Part shown: piece by piece, positions 39,144 to 52,101 of the stretch | Numbering within the stretch: the stretch's first letter is position 1 | How the letters are laid out: every line of letters begins with the position of its first letter | NCBI GenBank assembly: GCA_949358305.1 | Contig: OX442314.1 | Coordinates: 25,172,001-25,236,000, forward strand | Direction: 5' to 3' | DNA from: Strigamia acuminata | Lineage: Eukaryota | Length of the DNA stretch: 64,000 nt | Notes under the pieces: model-generated | What the model was told of the DNA's origin: nothing | Seen by the model: only the letters and a program-made list of their open reading frames with translations | Databases searched by the model: none | Program-made: the position numbers and the translations under genes

Positions 39144-42100
39144 TAGGTAAATCCAAATGTGTCGCCCGTGATATATGTCACAATCTTGGCTTGCCACGGT
39201 GACACGGGTTGATTTGTTGGGGTGGCCGTGGCAAATCTGACCGTGTGGCAGCCATTGACTTTGCAAGTGCTCCACTGTCACTGCAAAAATATATTGAGGC
39301 CCTCCAAATAAAACTGCGTGAAAATGTGTAAAAATAACTTATTTGCTGCAAATTAATGGTCAATCACTTAGTCATGTGTGCAACTCTAAGCAATTCAGCT
39401 AAGCGATTTTCCCCAACAAAGCAATTCCACTTTGACTGAATGTTTGTGTCCTGCATTAGGTATGAGGTAATGTATACTAATGTCCATTGATAAGTGATGA
39501 ATCAATTGAAATATTGATCTGATCTAATACACAAAAAAAATCACGGAATAAATAATAACAAGCAATTATTTAAATTCAATTGTTTAATTACAAGATTTTT
39601 GCATCTTTGGCAGCAAAAATAATTTTAATTTTTATATTTTAATTGCATGATTGATTATCAAACTGTGTTGTTTTTATATGGTCTTTAAAGTCTCATTATA
39701 GAATGTTATACATATGCTAATAAGTATTTTTTTATCGAATGCACACCAGGGAGGGAAGGGGGTTCCCAATTAATGTCTTATAGCCTTATGGGATTACTTT
39801 TAGTCATTGCAAATTATCAAACTCATGTTGCATGATTTAAATTATTTCCAGCTTGATTTGACAGTTTTCTTTAGAATGGTCTAAATCATTTTTAAGTCGA
39901 TAAATATAATTTTTTAGCAATTGCTAATTTAGGGAAAAAAAATTTAAAACTCGTGTTTATGACCTATAAGTCAGCTCAAGTGTGATAATGTAAATTGAAG
40001 TTGAGTTGGGTGCCATTTGGCTCACACCCCCTTCCCACACTCCACCTGTCATAAATCACATGTGATTTCAAACTCCTCTGCCTTCCCCACACTCGCTTCC
40101 CAGCCAAGTAATCCCATGGAATTTCATCCCACTTGATTCACCTACAAATGATATGCTGAGTAATGGAATGGTGACTAAGCCTTAGCCCTTAACAGGTTGT
40201 AGTACTACGGTCCATATAGTGGACACTTTTTTTCTTTGCTAAATTGGAATTTGGATGTGTGCTCAAATGGGTTTTAGCAAAAGAAATGGAATTTATTTGC
40301 ACGTCTTTTCACACTTGATTCAAAAATACATTGAAATTATATTGCAATGTATTTTGAAATGCAATATATTGCAATGTGTTGTTCAATATATTTTTGAACC
40401 ATATGGGAATTCCAATAAAGCACTGGATGTTGTTATTAAATTCAATCTAATAGTATTGGTTTTGCTCTTTTTTAAGTTAATATGAGTTTTTTTGATGAAA
40501 TTAGAAAATACAAATAATGTCTGTTTTGATTGTCACTGCTGGGTATTTCCCTTAAAAGCAGGAACTGTTTCCACTCGAAATAGGTAAATAGAAAGTGCAG
40601 TGACAGTCCAGAATCCTCAGTGATGTAAATGCAGACTGTGCATCAGTGCGTGAATCAAACATGTCTTTGTGACTTGCAATATATAAAAATATCCTCAGTA
40701 TTCCGTGCCAAGATTCGCACGTTGCAAACAAACTTGACACAAATATTTTCTAAGTTTAAATAAATCGAAAGTGATTCAGATGAACCACAAAAATTGAGGA
40801 ATATAGCAATGGTGTATTAACTGTTATTGCAATTAATAGAGATGATACACTTAGCAAGCATTATTCTCCACAAATATTTCAATTTCCTCAATAGATTTTA
40901 TTCCAATGGGAATGACATTTCATCCGGTGTTAATCGCTCTCTAGTTAATATCTCGTTATAAATTCGCTGCGTGTTCCAAACCAGACTAGACAACCAGTTG
41001 CAACTTCATTTTAATAAACGGTCCTTACTGTGAAGTACTCATTATAAACCCAATCCCTTTATCCATATCCAACTCAAAGTGCTTTTATCCAAACAGGGCC
41101 AGATATCTAACTGCAACGTTTCGTAACATTATGGCCGCCAGTTGGAAGGGCTTTGAATATCGGAAAACTCATGGTCTTTACTTCCATTTAGTAAACGGGG
41201 ATCTGGGTTCGAATCCCGGCTCAGGATTTCTCAGACTTCGAGCCATTTCATTTATTTTTTAACTAGAACGTTGGAGGTGAGAGTAAGGGCTATGAATTTT
41301 CGTATATACGGTATTTATATGAAAGGTCCCGAATTGTAAAAATCTTTATAACCGCCTATGGACAAACCCGATTTACTTACCAAATTCAAAGTACTTATGG
41401 CCAAATCCTGCCCCATAATTCACTTGGAAGTTATGACCCATCCCAACATCTGTCCACACAATCGTGCTGTACAAGTTTGTGGTTGTAGTAAATGATCTGA
41501 AAACCATTATTAGTAAGATTATTATTGGTGTTAAAAAACTAAATTATGCTTAAATAAGGGGGCCACAACCTCAATTTGTTTGTCCAATGAAAGAAAAGGA
41601 ATGTTTATGCACCATGCACTCCCGCGATTACGACGCATAAACGATAGAACAAACGGGCCTAAAAATGAACACATTCACGGTTAGGCACCTTTTTTGGTAC
41701 CTACTCCGTATTATTTTTGCTGTTTTTATAAACATAAATGGCATAAAAAGTCATCAAAACGAGTGTTAATGTGTTTACACTCGGTTTTACACGACATTTA
41801 CACGAATTAATTTGTGTAAATGTCGTGTAAACTGGTTGAATGGAAACGAGTTTTCTCCTTCAAATCGGGACTTTCTGGCAGCCATCTTGGATTTTCGTTA
41901 GATCGGATCGCAACAATTTTGTAGCAGTTTTTTTTTTTTTTTTTGTTAGAGTAAACAACAACAATTATGATCATCACTATGGTTATTATTTGGGCTAATT
42001 TATTTACACTTGAATTTACACTGAAATTTACACAGAAATTTATTTTTAAACTCAAAAATTGGGTCGTTTAACTTGACATTTACAGTTTACACTACCAGTT

Positions 42101-44022
42101 GCACTGGTCGTTTAGTGCAAATGACTTTTCGAATGCACCTATAGTGTTTTTCATGTTTTTCACGTTTGCACAAAAAATACTGGTCGGCTACATTACATAC
42201 TTTGAGAAGCGCTGTTAGAGTGGATTCATGGGCTGCATAGTGGTCAGTGCATTTGTGCAGTTCAAATTTTAGGACTAAATTGTTTTGCATCAAGACCTGG
42301 TTTTTTCCAACAAACAAAATTTTAATAGTACATAGAATTAGAATTAGAAATATATCTGCTAATACTATCTGCTTTTCTACAGTTATGTTCTAGTAAGACA
42401 AAGGTTTAATCTCGACAGTGCAAATTGAAACATTTCGCCAGCAGCATTACTTGTGTGAGCAGATGGTTTGTATAGGGTGTAAGTTAGTTTGCTTTAAAAC
42501 GACCGCCATCTACAACCAGATTTGAAGTTAATGGTCTTGGGAGGGTGGGGTGGGAGGTTACCAAGAGACATTTCATAACCACTCAACTATCAACGTTGGA
42601 GATGACCGCTGGCAAGCCAATGTTTGATGCTGTTATTATAAACGACAATGTTATTAGTCGAGTAGCTAATACACGACGCTGTGCAGAGAAGCGCGCATTA
42701 TTGCCACTTATGCTGCTTCAAGCCTTTTGTATATTTTGATTTAATTAGCACGTAGTCGTGTGTGAGAAAGTTGATTATCTTGAGTCTGGACATCTAAACA
42801 AACGGAATGATTTTATGTTTCCTGAAACTAATTAATTTTGTTTTAAACTTTTCGGGGACATGGAAGTGCATTGTTGTGAGCAATGGCCACTTAAAAGTTT
42901 TTGGTAAGTGTTAAATAACAACAAGAAGTATTTCTTAAGCAACTTTGTTAAGGTGGGTTCACACTTGTGTTCACACTATGAAGTAACGCAATGTTGCTGC
43001 GCATTGCATTGTTGGATTGTTTTAGCAGTAAAGTAAGAAAAACGCCACTTTAAATTTGTTATGAGGAAGTCACACAATGCAGCAAGCTTACTTCCAAGGT
43101 TTTAGTCTAAAAGTACTGGAACCTTAATCGTTTACGCAACCTGGTTTTGGTTTTTACAACCAAATTAAAAAAGACTGCCACACACGCTAGACAAGGATTG
43201 AAATTCCAACATTTCCTTGTTATTATGTAATTTCTAACTAGCAGTCAGGTCACTCATGCTGCATGCATGGTAAATTGATTAAAAGTGATATTAAAAGTGA
43301 TAAAAATGTAATAAACAATGTGTGCGATGGCAGTCTCAAGGTCAAATGTTAATTATGCATCAAATTGTCCATCAAATGGTCCATCTAACACTTGTTATTC
43401 CCTATTTTTTGAAAATTTAGTTTGTTAATACTGGACTGCCATTTCTAAAATGTTAAATGTTTCAACATCAGGATGGGAATTTTCCTGAATCATTCACTAA
43501 GACTAATCAGGAAAATGTGTTTTATTGTTCCACCATCACGTTGCATAAGGCAGGCAGAGGTATTACATAACTGGACAGTAATTGAGTTGGAAATACCAAG
43601 AACCTGTTACGCCATATTATTCCATTCCCCATAAAAGACAAAATTTATGTGGGATAACTGGGATAACATAATTTAATTTTTTTTATTATTATTTTTTTTT
43701 ATATACTTTTGTTATCTTTAAGAAATGTTTTTTTTTGTATTATTCATAAAAAAATAATATTAAAATGATTTAAAATGACATTTGAAAACATTCCACAACT
43801 GCTTGAAATACCGTTGCTTGCAGACGATTATTTTGTCCCGAGTGGAGAGCAGTTGCACGCACCAATTGCCAAGCGTGACATCATAATGACGTCAGGATGA
43901 TTTCAGGGTTGTTCCATGGAATGGATAAGGGAATGTGAGTGAGTGAGTGTAGAGTGAGAGTTTTGTGAAGTGAAGGAAGGTCAGTGTAGAGAGGGAAAAT
44001 TCACAATTGGTTCACAGCCAAG

Positions 44023-44196
44023 ATGCTGATAGAGGCAGCAAAGTCAGGAATTCCTATTCTTAAAGACCGGTCGCTGTTTCGAAAGGTTTTTCAACAGAAC
44101 GATCACGAGGACATTTTGGAAGACAGAATTCTAACTTATGTGAATTCTTTGAAAATCGCGGCGCAGAATCACAACAGAACCAAACAAGAAGCGGAG
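44023..44196 (+). CDS. Candidate alternative first coding exon (58 aa, MLIEAAKSGIPILK...KQEAE) of an unidentified large gene
   Basis: Protein-like ORF in AAGATG context ending at a phase-0 GAG|GTAAAA donor. TCAGT Inr-like motif at 43981 and CRE at ~43888. Confidence 0.6.
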
Positions 44197-46797
44197 GTAA
44201 AATTTGTTTTTTTTTTAAATTAATTTTTTGGAAAATTTTTTTTTAAAAAACTTTTTTGTTTTATAATTTTATATTTTTTGGGAGGGATTTCTGTATACTC
44301 AATTGTAAATTCAATTCCCCACCCACTATTGTATTAGGAAAAGGCTTTGATTGCTCACAAGGTCAAGTTGGTTGGATTTGTACAATAGGGAATTTTAAGG
44401 GTGATGTATTAATATTTTTTTGTTTTTTTAAGTGACAGTTTTGATGAGTGAGATGATTAAGTGACAGCTGAGCATTTTTGGAACAAGTGAATCTTAAGTT
44501 AAAAGCAACATGTTTTTGTTATATCTTCTTTTAAAGTGATGGAAAGGAAATGGTGTGTGAAATAGTTGTTTAGTGTTGGGGTTTGCATGTGGAGTTCAAC
44601 TTTAAAACTGTTTTTCTTCTTTTTTTGAAGTTTAGAATAGATTTTTTTTATGGTTATTTAGGTTTTGTGGATGGTTTTGTAAGGTTTTTATGTAGAAAAG
44701 TCATTAGGTTCATTCAAAGTTTAGGCCATAAACGTTTTATTTCAAATTCTTTGTTTATGCAAATGACAAAATAGCTTATTTTACGTGATTCGCGTAAACA
44801 TTTAGATGGAAATAAACTGTTTATGGCTTAAACTGTTTATGTCTGCATTTTCGGCATTGCCTTAAACAGATTTTTTTAAATTAAATTTATTTTTTATTTT
44901 TGCTGTTGTTGTCAGATTTTTAGCATTTTAATTGGAAAGTTGTCAGGAATTGCTGCAGGGGTGATCAATCACCTTGAGTAATCTGATTATGCGGTTAAAC
45001 TGGGCTGAAATTTCCATTGGAAAATACACAAAATACTCAACAATATTGTGACAAACGTTTGGCTATTTAAGATGCACAACCAAGGCATCCTAGTTTCTCA
45101 AGTTGTTTCTATTCTTGAAGGATATTTTTGGATCTGAATTGTGAAACCTTTTACTAAAGTGATATTTGATACCGTTGTTAATGGACAATTATTTGCTTTT
45201 AATGACATCACACCATTCTCACAGGACATTGACTGAAGTGTAGAAACATGAACTGATAGGAAATAAGAAAAATAATCACAAACTTGCTTTGACATTGAAG
45301 AAAACAATACATCTAGATGCGATGTTTAATCGTTCATTGTGTTTGACCACAGATACATCTCGCGTGCCAATAAATTTTATATTTTTTCCTGATTCAGGAC
45401 ATCGAGGTGTACAGTCGTGGACAAAAAAACTTCCCTTCAGTTTAGCTGTTTTAAGTTTATCTATCATTATTTGCCCGGTCTATCTTTTAATACTGTTGTT
45501 AGAGCAAGACGAGAGACCAGGTCAAGAATCTGTCTTTTGCGTAAATCTGCGTCGGACTCATATTCAGAACACTCGTAAACCTGTTCGCTTAAATGAAACT
45601 TGGAGACAGATGTCAGTTGGGTTTCGATGTTGTGTCAAGATAGTAACCAAATTAACTCCTATCTTAATGGCATTGCCTTTCAGACATGGCAAGCTGTCTC
45701 TCTCTCTCCCTGTCTTCATCCCTGTCTCTTGTCTCCTAAATTGTGTGTGTGTTCCATTAAATTTATCAGCATCAACAGTTGGTTGGAATTTCAGCTTAAT
45801 TACAAACAATAGAAATAAAACTGCTTGATAAAAATAGTATTTATCTCTCTCTCTCTTTCTCTCTTCTTTATTTATTTACATTTCTTTATGAATCACCTTT
45901 GCCAGCTTGTGATTGAAGATTGAGGGATCCACCTTTATGGCACTATGACTCAGTCAATTGGTCTTTTGGGACATTTTTTAACGTGTGACTGTGGAAATTA
46001 TTCATGTCAATAGGTTTGATAACATCATTATAACCACAGGCATGTTAATTTTTAATGCAAACAAGAATTGTTCGTCTATTTCAATTAGAAAATGGCGTTT
46101 TATTAAGGTTGCAGGTCTGTTTGTAACTCTTTTATATAATGCCTCAATTTGCATAGGAGGCTTAAAGTGGGAATCTTTTTACAAATTTGCTTTGTACATA
46201 AATTTAGCTACTATTTGTTAATTATTAGATCATGTCAATCCACAGCTCTTGATTTAGGTTTATTTTTTTGTGTATTCAATACTCCCTCACCACAAGAGAG
46301 ACCACATGGGGCGAGGCGATCAAGGGATTCAGAGGGTTGGTGGAGGGAATCGTCAATCAACTCCGCCATATAGACCACATTGCTTCTTCCGTCCCATCAC
46401 TTTCTCTTTTCATTACCCTCTTTCAATAGCTAAAAAGGGCCATTTCTTGGGTCATTGAATTGCGTGATATTCTTCTGAGGAGTAGGAAATGAAATTATGA
46501 AATTTTACATTACGAAATGATTTTTTTGTATATTTACGGAAATATTTCATTCAATTGATCGATAATTGGAATTTTTAGGGTTTTAAGTTGATAATCTGTC
46601 TTTTATTTCAGGTTGTGACATTTTATTACGTCATATTTTAGTTAGTTTATTTGTTTTGTTTAACTTGAAGCAAGGGGTTGTGTAACTTATTAACATGGTG
46701 TTCTATGGCCTGCCAACCAAATCGGCCATTTTTAGGTATTCGTTATATCGATAATTCGTTATATCGCGATTCGTTATAAAGATTTACAACTGTAATA

Positions 46798-46898
46798 CCG
46801 TATTTCTTCAATTCTAAGATGCAATTTTTTTTTCCGTTTAACATCTTTAAATATTGGGTGCTTTCTATCGATGACGTCTTAGAATCGAAGAAATACGG
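46798..46898. mobile_element. 101-bp pogo-type MITE
   Basis: TIR CCGTATTTCTTC(A/G)ATTCTAAGA with TA TSD; related sequence at ~37410. Confidence 0.8.
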
Positions 46899-49800
46899 TA
46901 TTTATGTTTTATTTGGGGAGCATTCAATAATAAGTCATTTATTTCACTTTTTTTGTTCGTTTCAGCAAACTTTTAGTATTTGCTTAACCAATTCTCCGCA
47001 CCTAATGTTATTTAAATTTAATTTTAATTGGTAATAATGGGGTTGATACTCGTTCTCTCGACCCTAGTTTTAAATGAATGGAATTAAGTGACATTTATGG
47101 TTAAGTGTGACTTAAATATTCGAAAGAATCGGTTGTAATTCTTTTGTAGTAGATAAGAAAAACAAAGCCGAAGCATAATTTCATTGTGACAAGTCAAAAG
47201 GGGGAAAATCATGCACTTAACCTTAATTTAAAGGGCAGTTTTACTCAACAAACTTATGTTCTTGCTTTAACCTATATGATCGTTAGGTATAAGATAACGA
47301 CATTTAGTCTTGGGTTCTTTGACTCGAGATAAAAAATAATTTTTTTTTTTTTAAAAAAAAATTAATTTTTTTTTTAAAAAATGGCGTCTTTGTGGCGCCA
47401 TTTTACAGTAAATTTAATTTTTTTTTTTAAATTAAAATAAAACATTTTGGTTGCGCTTTCACGTAATGTCCCAGTTAGGGGTGGAATGAATCACGAAGTT
47501 GAAGCAGTTGGGGGAGGGTGTGAGTGTGACTCAAACAATCTCATTAATTCCAGCCCATTTCACGCAACAATGCAAATACCTCAACAGGGATGCCATTACA
47601 GGTAACAGATTGCAATGTATAGGATGGGATGACATCATCTTGAAGCGAAATCGGTCGCGATAAGGGGAGGTGATGAAGTCACTGTGTTGAGTCACAGGTA
47701 TAAGTAGGCGAGTTAGGGGGAGGGGAAATTCCAATAGATGGATGTGAAGGATTTTCGTTTTAATGGCATGGAAATATTGTTTTTGAGGAATTATGGTGTC
47801 AAGTGTCCAGAGAGAGGAGAATTTTTAGAATAGATGTACAATATAATATTTGTTAATTGGATGATCGATAAAGCAAAGGGTGACAAGAGTGGGATTGTTT
47901 CCCTGGTGGGAGATTTGTCAATAAAGTTTAATTTAGGTGCATTGATTGCAATGTGCAAGCATTTTCATTGATTAAAAAAAGGGCAAGTCATGATTACCAT
48001 CTGACAAACCACCTGATTCACTGTGGGTCAATATGTTGGTCAGTCAATATAATTGAAAGTAATTTTTTTTTTTTTTTTTTTTTTGTTGTTGTAAAAAATG
48101 TTTGAAATGTTGTTTTGTGGAAAGGGATTTGGGATTTAGGTATTGGAAAAATGTTGCATTTTTGAAAACACATCTGAAGGAGAAATCAATGGAGTTTCAT
48201 AGGTTTGGTGTTTGAAGACCCATAGAAGTGGTCCGTGGTAAACATAAGCAAGTAGTTTTCCCACAGGAACTGTTGCAATGTTAAGCTTGGTTTCTCCTTC
48301 TATATGATCTATTCTTCCCAGAAGCTAAAACCATGAGATAGAGTCTCCTGTAGGCATCATTTTGGTGTTGTGTTTTGAATTAGAAGTAGTTGCTGCATTG
48401 AAAAAGCCGATATTTATCGTATTTTACCGATTAAGAGCCGCCCTCGAATAGGTTAAGGTTAAGACTAATGTTTCAGACGTTTTTTCTCAAAACTTTTCAG
48501 TAAGACATAATTTTTTTAAGAACAGTTCTAGACTAATTGGATGATGCTCTACAACTTTCTAATTAACTTTTTCTCTCTATCTGTCACGGTTCTCGAGTTA
48601 CAATATGGATGACCTCTGAGGTCAAGTTGGATGTCATAATTGGATTTCTTCCGACATACTACCCTTACAATAATTTTGCTGAATCAACATCTAGAACAGT
48701 TTGGGAATTATTTACATAGAACCAGACTTTCTGACCACCCTGTATGAAGCGTATTTTTTAGATTTTTTAAGATTAAACCTCTTTTTAGGGTGGGGGCCCA
48801 AAAGAAATTTTCTGCTTCCGGCCTTGTGTAAACCAGTCTAAATGCATATTTTAAACGGACATTTGAAGAACATAAATTGTTTAAAGGCTGTTTAACTGTA
48901 ATAAATTTAATAGGCGCATTCGTAAAGTCATTTAAACTTGTTTATATTTTTTAAACCAGTTTAAACTTAAAATTAACACGATGTTGTTTAGGCTAAATGC
49001 AGTAGTGCATGCCGGTTAGGTGATATAACACTGGTGGACCTTGAAATTTTCAAGATCTTTAAAGGTATCAATTTATTCATCGCCCTATTTTCTTGTGATG
49101 TAATGTGAGACAATGAGGAAATGGAGAAACAATTTATCATTGCTTTCAAGTGCTGGATTTGAGGTTAGATAATTTGCTAGGCAGAGGAAAAGGAAATATG
49201 ATATTTGATTTCGTCTGAGGAAGAATGAAAGTAAATAAGATGAAAGGTGAAGCGGAAGCTGCTTTCACACGTTATGGTTAAAATATTGCCTTCGAGAGAC
49301 ACCGTATCTTGGAATCTAATCCGTAATTTCTTTTTATGTCGGTCCCGGAGGCTCATCTCGTAAAAACATCAAACGCACGCTGCGTGCTGCGCCTGATCCT
49401 TCCAGATATGGCGAATTTTTGATGTTGCAGCAAATCCATCTTGAGGAAAAAATAAAATGGTGCAGTTTTTATGCAAATTGGTCAACAACTTATCCAAAAG
49501 GGCTCTGCTGCAAGGTTTGAATTGAACAATGCGATTCAGCAATGCAGAACCCACCGCTGGGTGTTGCAGGAAGAGTTTGCTTGCTTGTGATGCAGTAACA
49601 ATGCAAACGAATGGAAAAATAGAGGGTTTATGGAAGGGTACTTGTGGGTTATAGAATATCAAGTTATAACCTTATAACTGTTGTATAAATTCATAAGAAG
49701 GAAATTTATGAATAAATAAACGCCCGGACGTTTATTTGAAGCTTTACGGTATTTGCGCATTAGCACTTTTGAGTTATGAAGTTTATATCACAAAATTGTT

Positions 49801-51076
49801 GCATGTGCGATATTCGCATATTTGTTTAAGCTCATCAATTCCTTATTGTAATTATCATTATTTGTGACGTTTTAGCGACGTTTTTCCTTCGGTTTCTTTG
49901 GTTTTTTGGTGTTTTTTCTTGTTTTTCCTGTTTTTTCCTGGTATTTTTTGGTATTTTTTGGGTAGTGTGTGTTTATTGGGGGGTTTATTTGGTTTTTAAG
50001 TGTTTTTTCCGTTTTCTTAGGTTTTTAGTAAAGTTTTTAAGTGTTTTTTTTTGGACCTCGATAAAAATTTTCAATAGTATCCGGACCCCACTTAAAATTA
50101 TTTGCCGACCACTGTGCTAAGCGTTTAAGCGCCACCTGGCGCACTTGAATAAAATCGCTTGATTGAATTCTACTTCCACGAACGGTCATTTCTTTCACTC
50201 CACTTACAATTTTAATATTTGGTAAGAACACACCAGCATGTTAGCTGCAACACGATGCCATAAGCAAATCAATCAACTGGTCGATCGGAAATGTTGGTTT
50301 GCGATCATGCCTAGCTGCTGTGTACAAAATTTACCATGATTTTAAACCATGGATTATCCTAAATTTGTTGCTGTGATGTGCTTAATTTGGCAAAGCATTT
50401 GAATTGTTCAATTTGTTAGGAGCATATTAAGCTAGGCGATGTTTAAATTAATCCTGAGATTGACGATATGAATTTTATTAAAGTTAGAGTGACAAAATAG
50501 GTCAGGCACCATCTTGGCAATCATCTAAACCCGTGATGTGAAAGTGATTGACTGACATCATTTAAATGTCAGTTTGTCACAACTTATCGGTGAGTTTTTG
50601 CACTACCTGGTGGATTCAGGCTGTGTTGGGATCGCTAACTAACTAGAACAGCTTCGCTAAAGTTTCGCTTTTCCTCCAGAATTTACATTTCGCTAATTGT
50701 CGCTGTCGCTAACTGAGCTTCAAGCTGGACTGGGACGTTTTTTATGTCCTAGGCTGTACACTGTTCTAAGGTTATAACTTGACTTACCTTTTCACAAACA
50801 CTATTAACTGAAATAGGCTTCAGTATTATGAACAAACCATCGATAGATTGCAAGAAGAAAGGAAAAAAGTGCATGGATAATGGAGTATCTCGTACTCCAT
50901 TTTTGTTTATGATAATTTATGACGCTGCCGATTGCAGCGCCACCTACGTGGTCACTCGATTAAAAACACACTTATGCAAACAAGCCCACTCAACATGGTC
51001 GTCTTCTAGTCCGTGCTTTCCAATCCAACACCATCACAAAACAATCCAGCTGAATCCATTACAAGAACACATAAAA

Positions 51077-51093
51077 TGGCGACGAGGATGGGA
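51077..51093 (+). other. Primer binding site complementary to the tRNA-Ser(GCT) 3' end
   Basis: TGGCGACGAGGATGGGA is the reverse complement of ...TCCCATCCTCGTCGCCA, the typical metazoan tRNA-Ser(GCT) 3' end. Confidence 0.85.
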
Positions 51094-51240
51094 CCACAAT
51101 CCATCGCACTACACTGAAACCACCTCCATGCAAGTTTTTCCGAGCCTTTTGGAACCCTTCACCGATTTTCACACCACCACGTGTTAGGCCTGCGATCATT
51201 GTCTTCGTGTCGATCGTTTTTCACCGTTTTTCGCTTCAAC

Positions 51241-52101
51241 ATGGCTACAACCGCAGTTTTCCACGAATTCAATCCAGCAGGCGATTGGGAGCTCTACATT
51301 GAACGGATGGAGGCGTTTTTCGGATACCATGACATCGTGGACGACAAAAAAAAGGTTAATTTGCTAATTTCGTGCGTTGGAGACGACAACTATAAATGCA
51401 TGTCCGACCTTGCAAATCCAAAGAAACCAAGCGCCATGACTTTCGCTGAGCTGAACGCATTGATGACCAAACATGCACGGCCCAAACCCATGATGTTGGC
51501 CGAACGAAATCGTTTTCAGCGGCGAAATCAAGGACCGACCGAGTCAATTGCCGACTTTGCTTTGGCTCTCCAGGCGCTTGCGAAGTCGTGTGATTACGCA
51601 GATAACCTATCCAACACTCTCCGGGATCGTTTCGTGTGCGGTTTGCGTCATGAACGTATAATATCAACGCTTGTCCATCTGGCAGATATTTCCTTCGATA
51701 ATGTCTACAAACACGCCATCTCCATGGAGCAGACGTTGACAGAGGTTCCGAATTTCCACCCAGGAACCAAAACTGAAGTGCACAAAGTCGGCAACACCGA
51801 GAAGTCGCACGGCAACGGCAATCGTGCCTACACCAAATCCCGTAATTCGACAAACGCAGAAGCGACGCACCAGCCATCGGGCAACACCCAAGCGTCTGGC
51901 AGCGGCCCACAATGCGCTTCGTGCGGAGGAACGGACCACCGACGTGATGACTGCACGCATCGATACGCAACCTGTTACGGCTGCGGAAAAAAAGGCCACA
52001 TCAAGTCCGCTTGCATGTCCGCCGGCAGACCCGCTACTGCTACTCCACAACCAGTCCACTACCAATCCACCGAGCCTCCTTTGGAGCTCGCATTTTATTA
52101 A
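51241..52101 (+). CDS. gag: Gag protein (286 aa) with two CCHC zinc knuckles
   Basis: DWELYIERMEAFF, ERNRFQRRNQGPTESIADF..L..LAKSCDY..LRDRFVCGL (capsid), then CASCGGTDHRRDDC and CYGCGKKGHIKSAC. Confidence 0.92.
   Translation: MATTAVFHEFNPAGDWELYIERMEAFFGYHDIVDDKKKVNLLISCVGDDNYKCMSDLANPKKPSAMTFAELNALMTKHARPKPMMLAERNRFQRRNQGPTESIADFALALQALAKSCDYADNLSNTLRDRFVCGLRHERIISTLVHLADISFDNVYKHAISMEQTLTEVPNFHPGTKTEVHKVGNTEKSHGNGNRAYTKSRNSTNAEATHQPSGNTQASGSGPQCASCGGTDHRRDDCTHRYATCYGCGKKGHIKSACMSAGRPATATPQPVHYQSTEPPLELAFY

Noticed and set aside
41185..41226. GGGTTCGAATCCC B-box hairpin as a tRNA
   Set aside because: No A box or cloverleaf; at most a SINE/tRNA remnant.
45289..45828. 179-aa ORF
   Set aside because: Non-ATG start, no recognisable motif and no convincing splice signals.
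50544..50580. Hairpin GTGATTGACTGACAT...ATGTCAGTTTGTCAC as a pre-miRNA
   Set aside because: Only ~37 nt, too short, and I recognise no miRNA sequence in it.
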